Source: an uncultured candidatus Porisulfidus sp.
GTDB lineage: Bacteria > Pseudomonadota > Gammaproteobacteria > Poriferisulfidales > Poriferisulfidaceae
Reading direction: 5' to 3'
DNA length: 64,000 bases
Assembly: GCA_965204575.1 (NCBI GenBank)
Contig: OZ241993.1
Coordinates: 1,752,664-1,816,663, forward strand
Each line of letters starts with the position of its first letter. Positions within the stretch are counted from its first letter, which is position 1. The notes beneath the pieces are model-generated. The model worked only from the letters and a program-made list of their open reading frames with translations, did not search any database and was not told the origin of the DNA. This document shows positions 11,740 to 20,815 of the stretch, piece by piece. Made by a program: the position numbers and the translations under genes.

Positions 11740-12212
11740 CGTGGCCGGTTTCGAGCCGGCTCACGAGGAATTCGTTCCTGAAATCGTAGCATGTCCTCGC
11801 GCTCGGGTTTCTGCTTGAGCCGGATCCGGTAACGTTCCGTCACGAACATCCGGGCCGCCTCGTGCAGCAGGTTGCTGGGATGCTTGCCGCAATACTTCTC
11901 AAGCCATTCGTTGGTGCGGGTGAGTCCGGAGTATTCCGCAATGCTGTACGTGTCGCGCACAAGGTAATTGTATGCCGTCAGGTAACCGGCCAGCCAGCTG
12001 TAGTACAGGCCGCGTTTCTCGACCGGGACATCCAGGAAACTGGCGCAGGTATCCAGGCCCAAGCCCTGTGCCTTGTACTGCTGATTCAAGTCGCGCGCGT
12101 GCGCCAGCGTCATTGAGGCGCCGAGCAGGATGCCGACCAATCCGCAAGCGATCCAACGGCCCTCCCTTCGCCGCGGAACCGAACCGGTTCCCGCCCCCAT
12201 CATTCTTTGCAT
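11736..12212 (-). CDS. Hypothetical exported protein, HdeA/Rap1a-like two-cysteine pattern
   Basis: Signal peptide, G.G..TC, W..GY.TA.N and W...YC...P pattern; operon overlaps on both sides. Confidence 0.6.
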   Translation of the reverse strand: MQRMMGAGTGSVPRRREGRWIACGLVGILLGASMTLAHARDLNQQYKAQGLGLDTCASFLDVPVEKRGLYYSWLAGYLTAYNYLVRDTYSIAEYSGLTRTNEWLEKYCGKHPSNLLHEAARMFVTERYRIRLKQKPEREDMLRFQERIPREPARNRPR

Positions 12213-12805
12213 AGCGCTTTGAGCGGAAACGGCACGCCGGTGCCGCCGTGGCCGCAGTAGCCGCCCGGGTTCTTGCCCAGGTATTGCTGGTGGTAAGACT
12301 CGGCAAAGTAGAACGTTTCGGACGGGACGACTTCGGTTGTGATCGGATCGCCCCCTTTTGCGGAAAGTGCCGCCTGATACAGCTCAAGGCTCCGCTTGGC
12401 CAGTTCCTCTTGTTCGCGACCGGCACAGTACACGCCGGAACGGTACTGGGTGCCAATGTCGTTCCCCTGGCGCATTCCCTGGGTCGGGTCGTGGCCCTCC
12501 CAGAAGCAGGCCAGAAGCTCGGGGTAGGTCATCAGGCCGGGATCGTAGACGATGCGCACCGCTTCGGCGTGCCCGGTCTGCCCGGAGCACACTTCCTCGT
12601 AAGTGGGATCCAGGGTTTCTCCGCCGGTGTAGCCCACCGCGGTGGTCCAGACACCCTTCAACTGCCAGAAACGCTGCTCCGCCCCCCAGAAGCATCCCAG
12701 CGCGAATTCCGCGATTTGCAACTGCACCGGATACGGCGGAGTCAGAGGGTTGCGTGTGAACAGATGCAACTCTCTCGTCTCTTCCATCAGGCCTGCGTCT
12801 GTCAT
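12200..12805 (-). CDS. msrA: Peptide methionine sulfoxide reductase A
   Basis: [30 protein letters not shown] and YHQQYL motifs; start taken as ATG 12805. Confidence 0.96.
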   Translation of the reverse strand: MTDAGLMEETRELHLFTRNPLTPPYPVQLQIAEFALGCFWGAEQRFWQLKGVWTTAVGYTGGETLDPTYEEVCSGQTGHAEAVRIVYDPGLMTYPELLACFWEGHDPTQGMRQGNDIGTQYRSGVYCAGREQEELAKRSLELYQAALSAKGGDPITTEVVPSETFYFAESYHQQYLGKNPGGYCGHGGTGVPFPLKALCKE

Positions 12806-12819
12806 TGCCGTCGCCCCAT

Positions 12820-12852
12820 AAAACAAGGCCGCCTTGCGGCGGCCTGAGTTTT
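12820..12852. terminator. Intrinsic terminator hairpin, probably ending the DUF1326 transcript
   Basis: AGGCCGCC-TTGC-GGCGGCCT perfect 8-bp stem (12826-12845) flanked by A and T tracts. Confidence 0.7.
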
Positions 12853-12904
12853 GGAGGTAATAGTTATTATTGTTGTCTGTAAACCCTGACCGGTCAAATC
12901 TTGA

Positions 12905-13516
12905 TCAGTCCGGGCCATAGGTGAAGTTCGAAGCCAAACTTACGGAACCCGAGTGTTCATGGGTGATTCCGTTATCGCTGTACGCCACCTTGACGGTATC
13001 ACTGATCGTGATGTCATTGCCCGGGGCAATGGCCAAGGGTGGGTTGGAAACGATGACGGGGCCTCCGTCGGCTCCCTCGACTTCCACGACTTCACTCTCA
13101 CCAATGCCGTCACCCACTTTCAGGCGACGGGTCTTGCCGTCCACGGAGTACTCGATCGAGGTCTGCTTGACGCTGACCACCTCGCCAACCAAGCTGCACA
13201 CGACCGCTAAATGGCCGCCGAGTTGGCCCGAGTACATCTGGGTGATGGCGTCGAACTGCGCTTCGCTGGCACGCTCATCGACGTACAGGGCCACCTTGAA
13301 GCCGCCTTCGGTCAGAAGACCGGGGGCTTGAAGAAACATTGCGACGTTGAGATCGTTGATTTCCAGGTCATCCAGATGGCCTTCGTCGATGTGCCATCCC
13401 AGCAGTGCCGTACAGGTTCCAGTGGTGGGGGGTTTCAGCGTGATGCACGGGCAAATCAGGTCGCACGTGCAGGATTCAAAGTAATTGCCTTTGATGCTCC
13501 AGTTGTCTGATGCCAT
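12905..13516 (-). CDS. DUF1326 domain protein (predicted metal-binding)
   Basis: W.IKG.YFESCTCD..CPC.......GTC motif and VDERAS..Q; strong AAGGAGG RBS. Confidence 0.88.
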   Translation of the reverse strand: MASDNWSIKGNYFESCTCDLICPCITLKPPTTGTCTALLGWHIDEGHLDDLEINDLNVAMFLQAPGLLTEGGFKVALYVDERASEAQFDAITQMYSGQLGGHLAVVCSLVGEVVSVKQTSIEYSVDGKTRRLKVGDGIGESEVVEVEGADGGPVIVSNPPLAIAPGNDITISDTVKVAYSDNGITHEHSGSVSLASNFTYGPD

Positions 13517-13605
13517 GGCTGTTCCTCCTTATTATTAGAGTGCGCGGCGCGTTGTCCGGTTGGGGAGTATAACACGGCTAGAAGGCTATTGCGCAAGGCC
13601 AAGCG

Positions 13606-15192
13606 TTAAACTGTCGCAAATAATTCTCCTTGCTTTTCAGACTGCAACCGTGCTGGCTCTGGCAACAGCTCCGCAAACTCTGCAACCGGTACATTACTCA
13701 ATTCTCTTGGCTCTAGTTTGTGTAGTCCCCCGCCATAGACTCGCCCCTCATCTAGCATTGTCTGAGGACGAATTTCATTTAGAAATTTCCAAAGTCTCTT
13801 TTTCAAATCCGGGTCTTCCTCTAAAGCTTGGGCAATCGGCCCTTTAGGGTAAAGCATCAGATAGACGTTTGCGGCGGTTGCTCTGGAGTGGTTCAGTATG
13901 AAGCGAAACGGACATCCGCTTTTTGTGTCTCTTCTCCCAAGGTAGGTGCATACAAATGGCGCTGGCGGTCGTTCTTCCTGTGTATACCAAGGTTTTCGAT
14001 GCCGACAGAGGTAGCGTTCGGCTACGCCCAGCGCTTCCCCTTCTTCAAGATATTTCCACAAGGCGGGATATTTCTTCCTTATCTGCGCTTCTCCCAATCG
14101 GCAATCAAGCAAGAACAAACGATTTCCCAATACTGGGTTTCCATCCCCGTCGGCTGCTACTTCATTCTCCTGCAAATAGCGCGGGCTCGGCAATATGGGT
14201 CGAAATGCTTCTTGAGGTAATCCACGGCGCTCGATTTCCTCAAGTGTCAGAATGAAATACCGGTTGCCCCCGGTCGCCAGTCCCCGCTTAATGCTGAAGA
14301 AATCACCCAAAACTGGCACATTTGCTCTATCGGCTTCCTCTCTTGCCGGATAGCCTGTCCATTTAGAGTTACGGCACAGCATCTTGGCTGGCACTAGGCG
14401 TTCCAACCTCGGGCAGTCAAGCGACCCACCGTATGTGAACCTGACTTGGTGTTCCAGCGGCGGCTTCGTTTTACGGAACCAGACCACAACCGAAGACACT
14501 AAAGCATCTTCGAACTGTGCATCGTCTGGGTCAAATCGATGCAGATGCAGTAGCGTCACGTCATTCAGCAGGTAGTGCCTTATTGCAGCACCATAATTCA
14601 CATCCATAAATTCACTTGGCACCAGCCAGCCCGCAAGCCCCCCCTCAGTCAACCACTCATGGCTTAGCCCGAGGAAATAACAATATAGCCCAGCCAATCC
14701 ACTGAGCCTCATGCTGCCCGCCTTCTGCAAACAGGCCTGCAGGCGTTGCTTTTCTCTACTGTCAATATGATGGTGCCGAACGTAAGGTGGATTGCAAATA
14801 AGTAGGTTAAATTTTTCAGAATCTGGCGGCGCTTCAGCCTGCGTAAAATCACTCAGACAAACATCCAAACCTGTCTTTTCCCATAAATTTGCAGCAGGAA
14901 TTCCATAATGGGGGTCAATTTCGTAGCCTATAGCAGTATCAATGCGGTTTTGTGGAAACACTTTGAGCAGAGCTGAATAAAACGACCCGGTTCCTAGGCT
15001 CGGATCAAGGAAACGAACTCTTTCGTCGACTCCAATCTGGGCTTCAGCGTAGCGGAGAATGTCCACTGCCAATTCTGAAGGCGTGGCAAATTGACCCATT
15101 TGATTTCTTTCAGCTTGATTTTTTTTCGAGTCCAGTTGCCCCTGAAGCGTCAAGCGATGCTCCTCCAGCGCCGCAATTTCACTCCTAGCCAT
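13606..15192 (-). CDS. Type II N6-adenine DNA methyltransferase (gamma class, XamI-system-like)
   Basis: GQFATP, motif I DPSLGTGSF then motif IV NPPY; start placed at ATG 15192; AT-richer than flanks. Confidence 0.92.
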   Translation of the reverse strand: MARSEIAALEEHRLTLQGQLDSKKNQAERNQMGQFATPSELAVDILRYAEAQIGVDERVRFLDPSLGTGSFYSALLKVFPQNRIDTAIGYEIDPHYGIPAANLWEKTGLDVCLSDFTQAEAPPDSEKFNLLICNPPYVRHHHIDSREKQRLQACLQKAGSMRLSGLAGLYCYFLGLSHEWLTEGGLAGWLVPSEFMDVNYGAAIRHYLLNDVTLLHLHRFDPDDAQFEDALVSSVVVWFRKTKPPLEHQVRFTYGGSLDCPRLERLVPAKMLCRNSKWTGYPAREEADRANVPVLGDFFSIKRGLATGGNRYFILTLEEIERRGLPQEAFRPILPSPRYLQENEVAADGDGNPVLGNRLFLLDCRLGEAQIRKKYPALWKYLEEGEALGVAERYLCRHRKPWYTQEERPPAPFVCTYLGRRDTKSGCPFRFILNHSRATAANVYLMLYPKGPIAQALEEDPDLKKRLWKFLNEIRPQTMLDEGRVYGGGLHKLEPRELSNVPVAEFAELLPEPARLQSEKQGELFATV

Positions 15193-15194
15193 CC

Positions 15195-16159
15195 CTAAAG
15201 CCCAAATTTCCCTAGATCGCCGACACGGTGCTCCCACACCCAATCGATACCTTCTGCGGCTTCATAACCGAGATAGCCACTGTCAAAGTATCCGCATAAA
15301 AACAAAACGAATTGCACTTTTTTCCATAGGTTCGCTGCAACTGGTTCATTTTCGTGGCTTCTTCCTTTCGACGTTTGTTGACATTTGTAAAGTCGCCCGC
15401 AGATTTTGCCTCTATGAGAAGCGGTAAGTTCCCCACTTTCGCATTTTTCGGCATCACAACAACATCCATAGGAATGTTAACCGATTTCCCGGTTTGATCC
15501 TGCTCGGCTGGCACATTCAGCCGGAACGAATATGTCCCCGGCTGCATTTCATCGTGTTTTGCCCCCTCTCCCGATGAAATCTTCACATAGCCACGATTCT
15601 TTAGCCACTTCCCGATAGTAGCAAGTTGTCTTTTTTCCTGAGCATTTCGAATGATCGGGTTTGCAACAGCACCGCAAAGTCGGTCAGCCACAATCGTCGC
15701 AGCCCGGTACAAGTCCTGCCGAGATGGTTTTTTGTCATCCTTCAGCCAGTCAAAAATATCCGGATCGATCATTTTCTGGATTGTTTTGCTGATTTTCCGA
15801 AGGTTGGCATTTAATTCTCTCCGCGACATCCGAGAGGGTAGTTTGCCTTGTTTTTCCATTACCTTGACAAGGTTGGCTGAAGCGCCCGAGAGTCCTATTA
15901 AGCGGTCTATGGCAAGCGGTGGAGAAGTGGCCATCCGGAGTGTCGGTAGCACAGCAGGAACTGTCTTGAGCAATGCTACATCAATTTCTCTGAAATTGCC
16001 CGTCGCTTTCAGCATCCTTTCGACATCCTCGGCCGTTTGCTCTCGAACATTCCGATACGCTTTCGGCGCAAACCTGATAAACCACTTGTTGTACATGTCG
16101 ACTGACCGGATAATGTCTTCTTTCCATTGGTCCGGCTTGTCTCGATTTACCGCTTTCAT
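15195..16159 (-). pseudogene. XamI-family restriction endonuclease, frameshifted near C-terminus (0-frame ORF ends 15212; -1 frame ends 15195)
   Basis: PMD...IEAKSAGDFTNVNKRRKEEA PD-(D/E)xK core; tail VQFVLFLCGYFDSGYLGYEAAEGIDWVWEHR lies in the -1 frame after GGA AAA AAG (15317-15325). Confidence 0.8.
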
Positions 16160-16203
16160 TGGGCCACTATATCCCTATCTTTCAACATATGCCACCTGTT
16201 AAA

Positions 16204-17049
16204 ATGCCTTTCGGAGCTTCGCTCATGCCTGCCACCGCCTCCACTCCTGAATTCGCACCCCTGCCGCCGGCTGAACGCTGGACCCTGATCGGTGCCGTCA
16301 CCGCCGTCACCGCCAGCGGATGGGGCTGGATGCTGTACATGGACTGGATGATGCGCGACATGATGCGGGGCGGACCCTCTGTCGCGTGGATGCCTCCGCC
16401 GGCCGGAGTTGGTGGCTGGAGCGGATACGACTTCTGGATGCTGTTCGCCATGTGGGCGATCATGATGGTCGCGATGATGACGCCCAGTGCCGTGCCGATG
16501 CTGCGGACATACCGGGTCGTGCAGCGAAACCGGAGCCGGCAAACCCTGAAAGTCGTCCCCTGGATGATCTTTCTGGTCGGTTATCTTGCCTCTTGGACCG
16601 CGTATTCCGCAGTAATCTCCGTTGTTCAATGGCCCCTGCACGAATGGGGGCTGCTCGACCCCATGATGGACAGCCGAAGCCAGCTGTTCAGCGGCATCCT
16701 GCTGATCGTGGCGGGCCTGTACCAATGGACACCGTGGAAAGACGCCTGCCTCACCTTGTGCCGGACGCCCATGCAATTCCTGCTCGCCCGCTGGAAAGAC
16801 GGCCGCACCGGCGCCTTGCAGATGTCTTTCGAACACGGCCTGTACTGCATCGGGTGCTGCTGGGCGCTGATGCTGGTCCTGTTTGCCGTCGGCATGATGA
16901 ACATGCTGTGGGTCGCGGCCATCACGCTTTTCGTGATCGTCGAGAAGGCGCTTCCAAGCCCCGCGCGGTTGTTCCGAACGATAACCGGGTTGTTGCTGGC
17001 CAGTTCGGGATTCTGGCTGCTGTTGCTCCACTTCCAGAGCCCGACATGA
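16204..17049 (+). CDS. DUF2182 family predicted metal-binding membrane protein
   Basis: W..MM.AMM.PS, YQWTPWK.ACL..CR.P and G.YC.GCCW.LM motifs; start uncertain (16159-16225). Confidence 0.88.
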   Translation: MPFGASLMPATASTPEFAPLPPAERWTLIGAVTAVTASGWGWMLYMDWMMRDMMRGGPSVAWMPPPAGVGGWSGYDFWMLFAMWAIMMVAMMTPSAVPMLRTYRVVQRNRSRQTLKVVPWMIFLVGYLASWTAYSAVISVVQWPLHEWGLLDPMMDSRSQLFSGILLIVAGLYQWTPWKDACLTLCRTPMQFLLARWKDGRTGALQMSFEHGLYCIGCCWALMLVLFAVGMMNMLWVAAITLFVIVEKALPSPARLFRTITGLLLASSGFWLLLLHFQSPT

Positions 17050-17636
17050 GTTCGGCAGGCGAGCAACGGGTCCGGCAGCTGTTCGAAGACAGCCTTGCGA
17101 CCCATCGGGATTCTCAGGATCGGCTTGTTGAACCGATCGCGCAGGCCGGAGCCCTGCTGGCGCAGACCTTGGCGGGCGGTTGCCGGGTGTTGAGTTGCGG
17201 CAATGGCGGCTCAGCGGCAGACGCACAGCATTTTGCGGCCGAACTGATCGGTCGCTTTGAAAAGGAACGGGAAGCCCTGCCCGCCGTCGCCCTCTCCACC
17301 GATACCTCGGCGCTCACTGCCATCAGCAACGACTACGGATTTGAACGGGTTTTCAGTCGCCAGGTCGAAGGGCTTGGGCGGGAAGGCGACATTCTTGTCG
17401 CGATCAGCACCAGCGGCAATTCCCCCAATGTCGTGCAGGCCATCGAGACGGCGCAGTCCAGGCAAATGCGGGTGATCGCCCTTACCGGCCGGGACGGCGG
17501 CGCCATTCGCGGCCAGATGCGCGAGAGCGACATTGAACTGTGCGTTCCGTCCGATTCCACGGCCCGGGTCCAGGAAGTCCATATCCTGATCCTGCACTGC
17601 CTGTGCGACCTGACCGATCAACTCGTGCATGAGTGA
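17046..17636 (+). CDS. gmhA: Phosphoheptose isomerase (SIS domain, GmhA/DiaA family)
   Basis: CGNGGSAADAQHF, ISTSGNS and RVQEVH motifs; start at ATG 17046. Confidence 0.9.
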   Translation: MSSAGEQRVRQLFEDSLATHRDSQDRLVEPIAQAGALLAQTLAGGCRVLSCGNGGSAADAQHFAAELIGRFEKEREALPAVALSTDTSALTAISNDYGFERVFSRQVEGLGREGDILVAISTSGNSPNVVQAIETAQSRQMRVIALTGRDGGAIRGQMRESDIELCVPSDSTARVQEVHILILHCLCDLTDQLVHE

Positions 17637-19035
17637 TCCGGGCTGGCTGGCCGCGCTTCGCGACCTGGTCGACCCCGAGGACCTGCTCGACGACCCGGCC
17701 GACTGCTGGACCTACGGCTACGACAACAGCCGGCAGCACAGTGCCCCGCAGGCCGTGGTCTTCGCCCGCGAGGCAAGCCAAATTCAGGATCTGGTCCGCT
17801 TCTGCCGGGCCCATCGCATCGCCCTGACTACCCGGGGCCTCGGCACCAACACTACGGGAGCCGCGGTGCCCTTGCAGCACGGCATCGTCCTCTCCACCGA
17901 GCGCATGAACCGGCTCCTGGACATTGACCCGCGCGAACAGACCGCGCGGGTTGAACCCGGGCTCATCAACCAGCAACTCCAGGACGCGGCCGGCGAATAC
18001 CGGCTGTTCTGGGCGCCGGACCCGTCCAGTTCCCCGTTTTGCACCATTGGCGGCAACCTGGCCTGCAATGCAGCCGGGCCCCGGGCGCTCAAGTACGGCA
18101 CCACCCGCGACAACACGCTCCAGGTCCGGGCCATCACCGGCGCTGGCGAGCCCCTGAGCGCCGGCACCCTGACTCGCAAGGGCGTGGTCGGATTCGATTT
18201 GATGCGCCTGCTGATCGGCTCGGAAGGAACGCTGGCGATTTTCACCGAGGCGACCCTGCTGCTGCGCCCGCGCCCACAGGCGCTCGCGACCGCGCGCGCC
18301 GTCTATGCCGACCCCCAACATGCGATGGAAGCCATCGAGGCCATCCTCGCCCAACCCAACCTGCCGTGCGCGCTGGAATTCATGGACGCCGCCTGTCTGG
18401 ACCTGATTCGCGACGACGGACAAGTAGAACTTCCGGAAAGCGCTCGCGCCCTCCTCCTGATCGATATTGATGGCGATGCCGACCAACTGCCGCAAACTTC
18501 CGCACCCATCGCCCAAGCGGCTTCTACCGAAAAATGCCTGGATTTTCAAATTGCTTTTGGGGATGAGGAACGCGAAACCTTGTGGCAGGCACGGCGCACG
18601 CTCTCACCCGCATTGCGCCGCATCGCTCCCGAGAAAATCAACGAGGATGTCGTGGTCCCGGTCAGTCGGCTTGCGGAATTGCTGAAAGAACTGGATGAGA
18701 TTCGTACACGTTATGCCATCCCCATCGTCTGCTTCGGGCATGCGGGATCTGGAAACATCCATGTCAACCTGATGCCGGACGGCTCGGATGAACAGCGAGA
18801 AATCGCTTTTCGCTGCCTGGATGAAGTTTTCGGGGCAGTCCTGCGCCTCGGAGGCACCCTGTCGGGCGAACACGGCGTAGGCATCGCGAAACGAGAGCAC
18901 ATCGCCCGCGAGCTGGATCCTGCTTCACTGAAGATGATGCACGCGATCAAACGCGACTTCGACCCGGATGGCATCCTCAATCCGGGGAAGAACCTGCCGG
19001 ACCCGGATGCATTTACAGACCAACCCCATGCTTGA
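17629..19035 (+). CDS. FAD-linked oxidase, GlcD/D-2-hydroxyacid dehydrogenase family
   Basis: APDPSS...CTIGGN, GSEGTL, GHAGSGNIH, SGEHGVG and LNPGK motifs. Confidence 0.92.
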   Translation: MSDPGWLAALRDLVDPEDLLDDPADCWTYGYDNSRQHSAPQAVVFAREASQIQDLVRFCRAHRIALTTRGLGTNTTGAAVPLQHGIVLSTERMNRLLDIDPREQTARVEPGLINQQLQDAAGEYRLFWAPDPSSSPFCTIGGNLACNAAGPRALKYGTTRDNTLQVRAITGAGEPLSAGTLTRKGVVGFDLMRLLIGSEGTLAIFTEATLLLRPRPQALATARAVYADPQHAMEAIEAILAQPNLPCALEFMDAACLDLIRDDGQVELPESARALLLIDIDGDADQLPQTSAPIAQAASTEKCLDFQIAFGDEERETLWQARRTLSPALRRIAPEKINEDVVVPVSRLAELLKELDEIRTRYAIPIVCFGHAGSGNIHVNLMPDGSDEQREIAFRCLDEVFGAVLRLGGTLSGEHGVGIAKREHIARELDPASLKMMHAIKRDFDPDGILNPGKNLPDPDAFTDQPHA

Positions 19036-19059
19036 CCTTGGATCCTATCAGCGAATGGG

Positions 19060-19368
19060 TCAAGTGGATCCGGGGTGCGCCTTCTTGTAGTCTTGGTAAT
19101 CCGATACTGAAATGTAAGACAGGATGGGAAACCCAGCGGCTCCTTTTTCACCTAGCCTCGGCAATATGCGACGTACGAGCCCCGTGGTTTTGTTCGAATC
19201 CAGCAGCCCTCCCTTCGTATTTGCCTCAAAAACGACTTTGATTCGATAGATCTCATCGCCATAGTGATCCAAATCCGAGACAGCATGAACCGACAGGATT
19301 TCGCTGCCAATCGCTTTCTGGGCAATCTTTTTAACTATTTTTTCGACAAGGCGTTCTATGTCAGACAT
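19060..19368 (-). CDS. Small hypothetical protein, possibly a degenerate nucleotidyltransferase-like fold
   Basis: 102-aa ORF with DLDHYGDE..RIKVVF and FPILSY segments; AT-richer islet. Confidence 0.6.
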   Translation of the reverse strand: MSDIERLVEKIVKKIAQKAIGSEILSVHAVSDLDHYGDEIYRIKVVFEANTKGGLLDSNKTTGLVRRILPRLGEKGAAGFPILSYISVSDYQDYKKAHPGST

Positions 19369-19489
19369 GGCTCATGAAAGTTAGATAACCCAAGGTGTAC
19401 CTGATGAGGGATTGCCCTTTATGCCATCTGAATTTCCAGCCTTTCGCGAAATCTGCCCTAGCAGAAGCTAAAGCACACGTGTCTAGTTA

Positions 19490-19618
19490 TTACTTTTTGG
19501 GCGGCGGCGGCGGCGGCGGCGGCGGCTTAACAGCATTCGCAGGCATTGGTGAGACACCGCGCGCTGGCACTTCTCTACCACCGGATGGCGCATTCGGCAC
19601 AGATGGTTTATTCGTCAT
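19490..19618 (-). CDS. 42-aa proline-rich micropeptide (not in ORF track)
   Basis: MTNKPSVPNAPSGGREVPARGVSPMPANAVKPPPPPPPPPKK; GGAG RBS 6 nt before ATG, starts 3 nt after upstream stop, double TAA stop. Confidence 0.65.
   Translation of the reverse strand: MTNKPSVPNAPSGGREVPARGVSPMPANAVKPPPPPPPPPKK
19499..19526. repeat. (GGC)9 trinucleotide tract encoding poly-Pro on the minus strand
   Basis: Directly visible ggcggcggc run. Confidence 0.95.
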
Positions 19619-19621
19619 GCT

Positions 19622-20254
19622 TCACTCCGCATCCTGTTCGCCAGAGGGCATAGGTAGAAATTCTATCATTTCTACTTCGGATGCGGTGACCAACATATGG
19701 GAAACCCCTTCAAGTGGTTCTCGTTTGTTTTCATCCTTCAACCACTCACATTTGACCATTAGGAAATGCTGGTCTTCCGCCCGACTCGGCCATTCCTGAG
19801 GCCAACCATATAAGCGACGTTCCCCTTTCAAATGCAATACAACAAAACAGTCTCTATGGTTCGCGAAAGCCGAATATTGCGCTGATCGGTACGAACTCTC
19901 CCTTGTTAACCCCCACTCACGAAGGTGCCTATGCAACCAATCGCGATTCCAAGTGCAGGCTGATATCAACCCGAGCATAACCGCTACAAGAACCAGCACC
20001 CACGTTGATATCTCCCACTTCCACTTATCACTGGACAGGATGTCCGGCCACATGGCTTCAATTCCAGAAAAAGCGGGCAATGCTGCCAATTGCACAAACA
20101 TAGTGAAAACGAATGCCTGCACTATGACTTCAATTCCACTCGGCTTTGAGTTTGAAATTAACGCTTGAAAAACTCCTGCGGCTACAAATCCCGGCAAGAG
20201 AAATAGAAGGACTCTTATGGTCTCGCTAGACTCCAAAACTGCGAACAAATTCAT
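19622..20254 (-). CDS. DUF6338-like membrane protein
   Basis: FLLPGF N-terminal motif, about three TM helices, C-terminal VVLHLKGERRLYGWPQEWP beta domain; start at ATG 20254 or 20278. Confidence 0.75.
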   Translation of the reverse strand: MNLFAVLESSETIRVLLFLLPGFVAAGVFQALISNSKPSGIEVIVQAFVFTMFVQLAALPAFSGIEAMWPDILSSDKWKWEISTWVLVLVAVMLGLISACTWNRDWLHRHLREWGLTRESSYRSAQYSAFANHRDCFVVLHLKGERRLYGWPQEWPSRAEDQHFLMVKCEWLKDENKREPLEGVSHMLVTASEVEMIEFLPMPSGEQDAE

Positions 20255-20298
20255 CCCTGAACCCTCTTGGTTCAGCATAACATGCCGAAGCGATTTTT

Positions 20299-20799
20299 TT
20301 AAACTTCCCGCGTGGAAAGCTGCTGCCGATACAACTCTGCATCTTGTTCTGAAAAACAGCAGCACACCAAGCGCTCGAAATCAGCCTCATGCTGGCGTAA
20401 CGCTTCCAGCGCGACCCTCGCCGCCTCAGCTTTCGGATAGCCATAGACCCCGGTGCTGATCGCCGGGAACGCCAGCGACCTGAGCTTTTCCTGCTCTGCC
20501 AGCCGGCAACTGTTGTGATAGCAGGATGCGAGCAACGCTTCCTCGCCTTCCTGGCCCCCTTTCCAAATCGGCCCGACCGTGAGGATCACGTGGCGAGCTT
20601 TCAGGCCGAAACCGGGCGCAATCTTCGCTTCCCCCGTCTCACACCCTCCCAGGGTGGCGGTAAACCGGGCCAGTTCCGGACCTGCCGCGCGGTGGATGGC
20701 GCCATCCACGCCTCCGCCCGGCATCAGGCTGGCGTTGGCGGCATTGACGATCGCATCGACCTCCAGGCCGGTGATGTCTCCGACGACGATTTCGATCAT
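20299..20799 (-). CDS. Macro domain O-acetyl-ADP-ribose deacetylase (YmdB-like)
   Basis: GDIT..VDAIVNAAN..GGGVDGAIH and FPAISTGVYGYP motifs. Confidence 0.93.
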   Translation of the reverse strand: MIEIVVGDITGLEVDAIVNAANASLMPGGGVDGAIHRAAGPELARFTATLGGCETGEAKIAPGFGLKARHVILTVGPIWKGGQEGEEALLASCYHNSCRLAEQEKLRSLAFPAISTGVYGYPKAEAARVALEALRQHEADFERLVCCCFSEQDAELYRQQLSTREV

Positions 20800-20815
20800 G
20801 TCGGTCCCGCCTCCG

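Noticed and set aside
19395-19799. Plus-strand 134-aa ORF with a poly-Gly run
   Set aside because: Overlaps the DUF6338-like gene antisense and lacks a clear RBS; the minus-strand poly-Pro ORF fits the operon better
20299-20799. Macro domain gene as a DarG-type antitoxin or part of the DUF6338 islet
   Set aside because: Host-like GC, stand-alone YmdB-type sequence directly after sspB, no DarT; linkage to the islet cannot be shown
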